NCBI GenBank assembly: GCA_963727455.1
Contig: CAVSGG010000008.1
Span: 1 to 64,000, forward strand
Reading direction: 5' to 3'
Length of the DNA: 64,000 nt
DNA from: Candidatus Krumholzibacteriota bacterium
GTDB lineage: Bacteria; Krumholzibacteriota; Krumholzibacteriia; JAJRXK01
In this document: positions 60,915 through 64,000 of the stretch, piece by piece
How positions within the stretch are numbered: the stretch's first letter is position 1
Layout of the letters: each line of letters starts with the position of its first letter
The notes under the pieces: model-generated
What the model was told of the DNA's origin: nothing
What the model saw: only the letters and a program-made list of their open reading frames with translations
The model's database searches: none
Position numbers and translations under genes: made by a program

Positions 60915-62539
60915 GGCCGCCGCCCCAAGGCCACCAGCGCCGTCCAACGCCGCGGGGCCGACTCTCCACCCTCGCTCTGCACGAGGACGACGTAGGCCCC
61001 CATGGGAACGGGTTGGCCGCGGCTGCTACGACCATCCCAGATCCACTGCCGCAGATTCCCCCCCGACTCGTCGTTTCCCAACTCGGCCACGGTTGCCCCC
61101 AGGAGGTCCCTGATCTCGGCCTGTACCCTGAGTCCGGTAAGTTCGGCCTGCAGGAGCACGTGGAGGACGTCTCCTTTGCCGTCACCGTCGGGGCTGAAGG
61201 GATTGGGCGACAGCGCCAGACCACTCTTCGGAGTGATGAGGGCGGCGGCCGAGTTCTCCTCTCCGGGGCTGGGGGCACCCGGAGAAAGAAACCAGGCGCG
61301 CGGAGAATCCGGACTGACGATACCGCGTTCCATGCTCCTTCCAGCCTCGCCTACCAAGTCGTCGGTGTAACGGAGCTCATCCACGACGGTTCCGCTGTCG
61401 TCGCGCAGCAGAACTCTGTCCGCGAATTCGCTCGCGCCGCTCGCGCTGTTGTTGAGCGAAGGCCATCCGCCGATGGGAAGGATGATGGGCACTTGTGGAG
61501 AAATCGCGAAGATGGACCGGAGCGCCTGCGGGTCGGAAGCGAGGAGCGCAAAGCCCTCGGCGGAGAAATCGAGACCGTCGAGCCCCCGCCAATCTTCGCT
61601 GGCGTCGGTGATCGCCCACCCGTCCAGCACCGAGGGCGCGTCCGGCTGTCGCTTCAACTCGATCCACTCGGGTTGACCGGCGAGCGGCTTCGCCATGACC
61701 TCGTTCAAGAGGACCGACCCCGGTCCCACTTGATAACCCGAGCTGGCAACCGTAGTGCTGTCGCTCCCCCAAGTGACCTCGATGTGGTGGCGGCCAGGAC
61801 CGAGCCAGACTTCCACTCGACTCACGAGCGTATCTCGAGGGGCCGCTTGGAGAAGCTGCTGGTCCAGAGGAGTCGAATCCAGGCTCCAACGCAGCGAGAA
61901 TTCCTGCTGGGGAGCAAATCCATCGACTTCAGCGGAGAACTCGAGTGCAACCTCTCCGGGGAAGGCCCGGACCGGCGGAGACCCACCCAGCCGCAGAAAA
62001 TTCAGGCTCTCGGCCACTGCGTTGGGACGGCCCGGAGTGGGAGGACTCAGCGCGGAAAAGTCCGTGCGATTGTCGTCGCGATCCCGTCCGTCGGGGATGC
62101 GGCCCAGACTCGCACCCGAGACGTCCGGCGCCGCTTCGCCCTCACCGAGTCCTTCGATTTCGCCCCAAGCCACTCGGTCCAAGATGCTCTCGTTGCGAGC
62201 CAACCAAAGAGCATCCGGACCGTTCTGCAGGTTCAGTGTCGCCTCGTCGTCTCTCCCTGCGACCTCGCTTCCGCCCACGAGATAGAACTCGCCCGGCGCC
62301 AAGCTGAGTCCCGGTCGAGCCATCCACACGACACTGGGTTGTTCGGGTGCCGCGCCGTTGACGAAGAGCAGTCGAACACCGTCCAGAGAAATTGCGGTGT
62401 CTCCGCCGGCGTAGAGCTCCACGAACTCCAGACCCGCGTCGCTCCCCTTTGGATCGTAGAGAATCTCGTTGAGAACGAGTTGGGCCTGTGAGCTGACGGG
62501 AAGCGTGAGACAGAACAGGAGACCGAGGATGCGTAGCAT
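60911..62539 (-). CDS. Lamin-tail-domain (x2) protein with a C-terminal T9SS CTD/FlgD-Ig-like domain
   Basis: VLNEILYDP..EFVELY and LLNEVMAKP..EWIEL LTD motifs; SPNPFSPDGDG..D and WDGR..GQPVPMGAY C-terminus. Confidence 0.85.
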   Translation of the reverse strand: MLRILGLLFCLTLPVSSQAQLVLNEILYDPKGSDAGLEFVELYAGGDTAISLDGVRLLFVNGAAPEQPSVVWMARPGLSLAPGEFYLVGGSEVAGRDDEATLNLQNGPDALWLARNESILDRVAWGEIEGLGEGEAAPDVSGASLGRIPDGRDRDDNRTDFSALSPPTPGRPNAVAESLNFLRLGGSPPVRAFPGEVALEFSAEVDGFAPQQEFSLRWSLDSTPLDQQLLQAAPRDTLVSRVEVWLGPGRHHIEVTWGSDSTTVASSGYQVGPGSVLLNEVMAKPLAGQPEWIELKRQPDAPSVLDGWAITDASEDWRGLDGLDFSAEGFALLASDPQALRSIFAISPQVPIILPIGGWPSLNNSASGASEFADRVLLRDDSGTVVDELRYTDDLVGEAGRSMERGIVSPDSPRAWFLSPGAPSPGEENSAAALITPKSGLALSPNPFSPDGDGKGDVLHVLLQAELTGLRVQAEIRDLLGATVAELGNDESGGNLRQWIWDGRSSRGQPVPMGAYVVLVQSEGGESAPRRWTALVALGRRP

Positions 62540-62625
62540 GGAACGCACCTCCCGGGAGACTTCATCGAGGGAGGCGCGACGGGTCCTGGCCTAAATAGAG
62601 GAGACTATGGAAAGCGGGCGTGGGA

Positions 62626-64000
62626 TCAGACGAGCCCCCAACGCCGTCTTAGCATCCACTCTAGACTGAGCAGGAACAGAAGTGGCGCGAAGAGTTTGAA
62701 ACTCGCCCAAAGAGGGCTGCGAGATCGACTTACTTTGAGCTTCGAGCTCAGCGGTAGATTACGTGCCCATGCGCCCAGGTTTTCGGCTTGCACCACGTTT
62801 CCACCAGTCGCACGCGCTATGGAGGCGAGCTGTGCGAAGTCCACCCCAGGGTGTCGATATTCCACTGAGTAGGGATCCACGCTAAGCGAACTCCAGGGAG
62901 AGAAGATCCGTCCCGAATCCTCCTCCAAGGCAAGTCGAAACTGGTAGTGGCCCGCGGGCAGAGGAGGAATCGCGAGCTGTCTGCCTCCGGCCGGACCAGA
63001 TTGCGCGCGCTGCATGAGAGCGCGGCCCAATACGGTGCCACTGGAATCGGCGGCGGCACCAGCTTCCCTTCTCCATTCGATCCATAGGTCACTGCTCTCG
63101 TCCGGCTGACGACGGGCATCGAGTACCACTGCGCGCAGCAGGGCATCTTCGCCGCGCGCGACCACTGGGCGCGGAAGGATGAGCTGCAAGCGCTTTCGGC
63201 TCGCGCCTTCCGCGAGGTAGTAGATGAGGTTGCCTACCAGGGCCTGATAGACGTCCTCGCCCTGTCTCTCGCCGAGCCGCCAGAAGGACCAGCTCCACAT
63301 CGGGGACGCCGTCCAGCACGCCACCGTTCCCTTGGCACTGCTTCCGAGCACAAGCAAGGGAGTTGTCTCATCGGAGTCTTGTGCTTGCAGGAGTACGTCA
63401 GCATCGGGTTTGGGCATGAGGCCGTGAACTGCGTCCCACAGGGGAGGCATCTGTTTTAGTCGCTCAACGGGATCTCCCACCGAGCCGGGAAAGGCAAAAA
63501 TCGGATGTGTGATTCCGGCTGGGAGAAGACGCACGCGATGGCGCGCGCGCTTCCAGCGGGAAGCAGAACTGAGCTGAACGGGTAGCAGCGCACTGGCTTC
63601 ACGAGGCAGCGAGCCGGGCAGCGCCCCTCGAGCCTCTCCGAAGAGCACCCAGAGTCCAGCCCCGTCCTGTACGGAAGCGATCATTCCCGGTGCACTCTCG
63701 CTCAACCGTGCAAAGTCATCCAAGGAGAGAATGATCCAGGCATCGATCCCCTCGACCGCCGCGGCAGTCGCAGGTGGGGTCCAGGTGCTGTCGCTTCCGG
63801 CCTCTTGCCATCCCTCCACCGCACGGTAGACACCATCGACTTCGAAACGTGGATCCTGGGCGAGACGACGTCGCAGAAAATGAAAGTCCCAACCGGGTCG
63901 CGACTCCACGAGCATTATGTGAAGGCGGTCCTTGAGGACCTCTGCGCCAATTTCAATCGCGTTGTTCGCCTGGAGAGCTTCCGAGGGAAGGGGGGTCAAT
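62626..64000 (-). CDS. 3' part of a large membrane-associated protein (class I glutamine-amidotransferase-like/vWA-associated family)
   Basis: P.WDFHFLRR.L, GTVACW...WSW, LASIARATGG and LLSLEWMLRRRWGL C-terminus; 5' end lies outside the window. Confidence 0.7.
   Translation of the reverse strand, partial: LTPLPSEALQANNAIEIGAEVLKDRLHIMLVESRPGWDFHFLRRRLAQDPRFEVDGVYRAVEGWQEAGSDSTWTPPATAAAVEGIDAWIILSLDDFARLSESAPGMIASVQDGAGLWVLFGEARGALPGSLPREASALLPVQLSSASRWKRARHRVRLLPAGITHPIFAFPGSVGDPVERLKQMPPLWDAVHGLMPKPDADVLLQAQDSDETTPLLVLGSSAKGTVACWTASPMWSWSFWRLGERQGEDVYQALVGNLIYYLAEGASRKRLQLILPRPVVARGEDALLRAVVLDARRQPDESSDLWIEWRREAGAAADSSGTVLGRALMQRAQSGPAGGRQLAIPPLPAGHYQFRLALEEDSGRIFSPWSSLSVDPYSVEYRHPGVDFAQLASIARATGGNVVQAENLGAWARNLPLSSKLKVSRSRSPLWASFKLFAPLLFLLSLEWMLRRRWGLV

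Overview
A GC-rich, gene-dense chromosomal window, with almost all genes on the minus strand. It probably comes from an FCB-group diderm bacterium outside Bacteroidota (Krumholzibacteriota/Latescibacterota/Eisenbacteria-like; inferred from SprA, a FlgD/CTD-type secreted protein, and Kdo/Lpt genes). Most of it is housekeeping: rimP-nusA-infB-rbfA, a glutaminyl-cyclase-like M28 enzyme next to a frameshifted T9SS translocon sprA, lptFG, metK, a complete mannose-family PTS with pgi/pmi, hprK-hpf-rpoN-lptBC, kdsABCD-pyrG, rplU-rpmA, trxB, a folE/PTPS/PTPS/SDR pterin cluster, pur genes, lnt, argS, tatC, nrdR, glyA and a lamin-tail/HhH surface module. No mobile elements, CRISPR arrays, tRNAs or rRNAs were seen. 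The most interesting signal is at 43.5-45.9 kb: an unannotated 11-aa ORF (MFWVLGSKVKW, strong SD) enclosed by an 18-bp long-range RNA stem, lying between a hypothetical protein and a multi-TM HD-GYP phosphodiesterase. This is a candidate micropeptide-controlled cyclic-dinucleotide signalling module. Also notable are a ~170-nt rod-like intergenic RNA (6S-like), a sigma54 promoter driving an AAA-less Fis-HTH protein, leaderless promoters, and a possible tetrahydrobiopterin pathway. All protein family calls are by motif recognition only; no searches were run.
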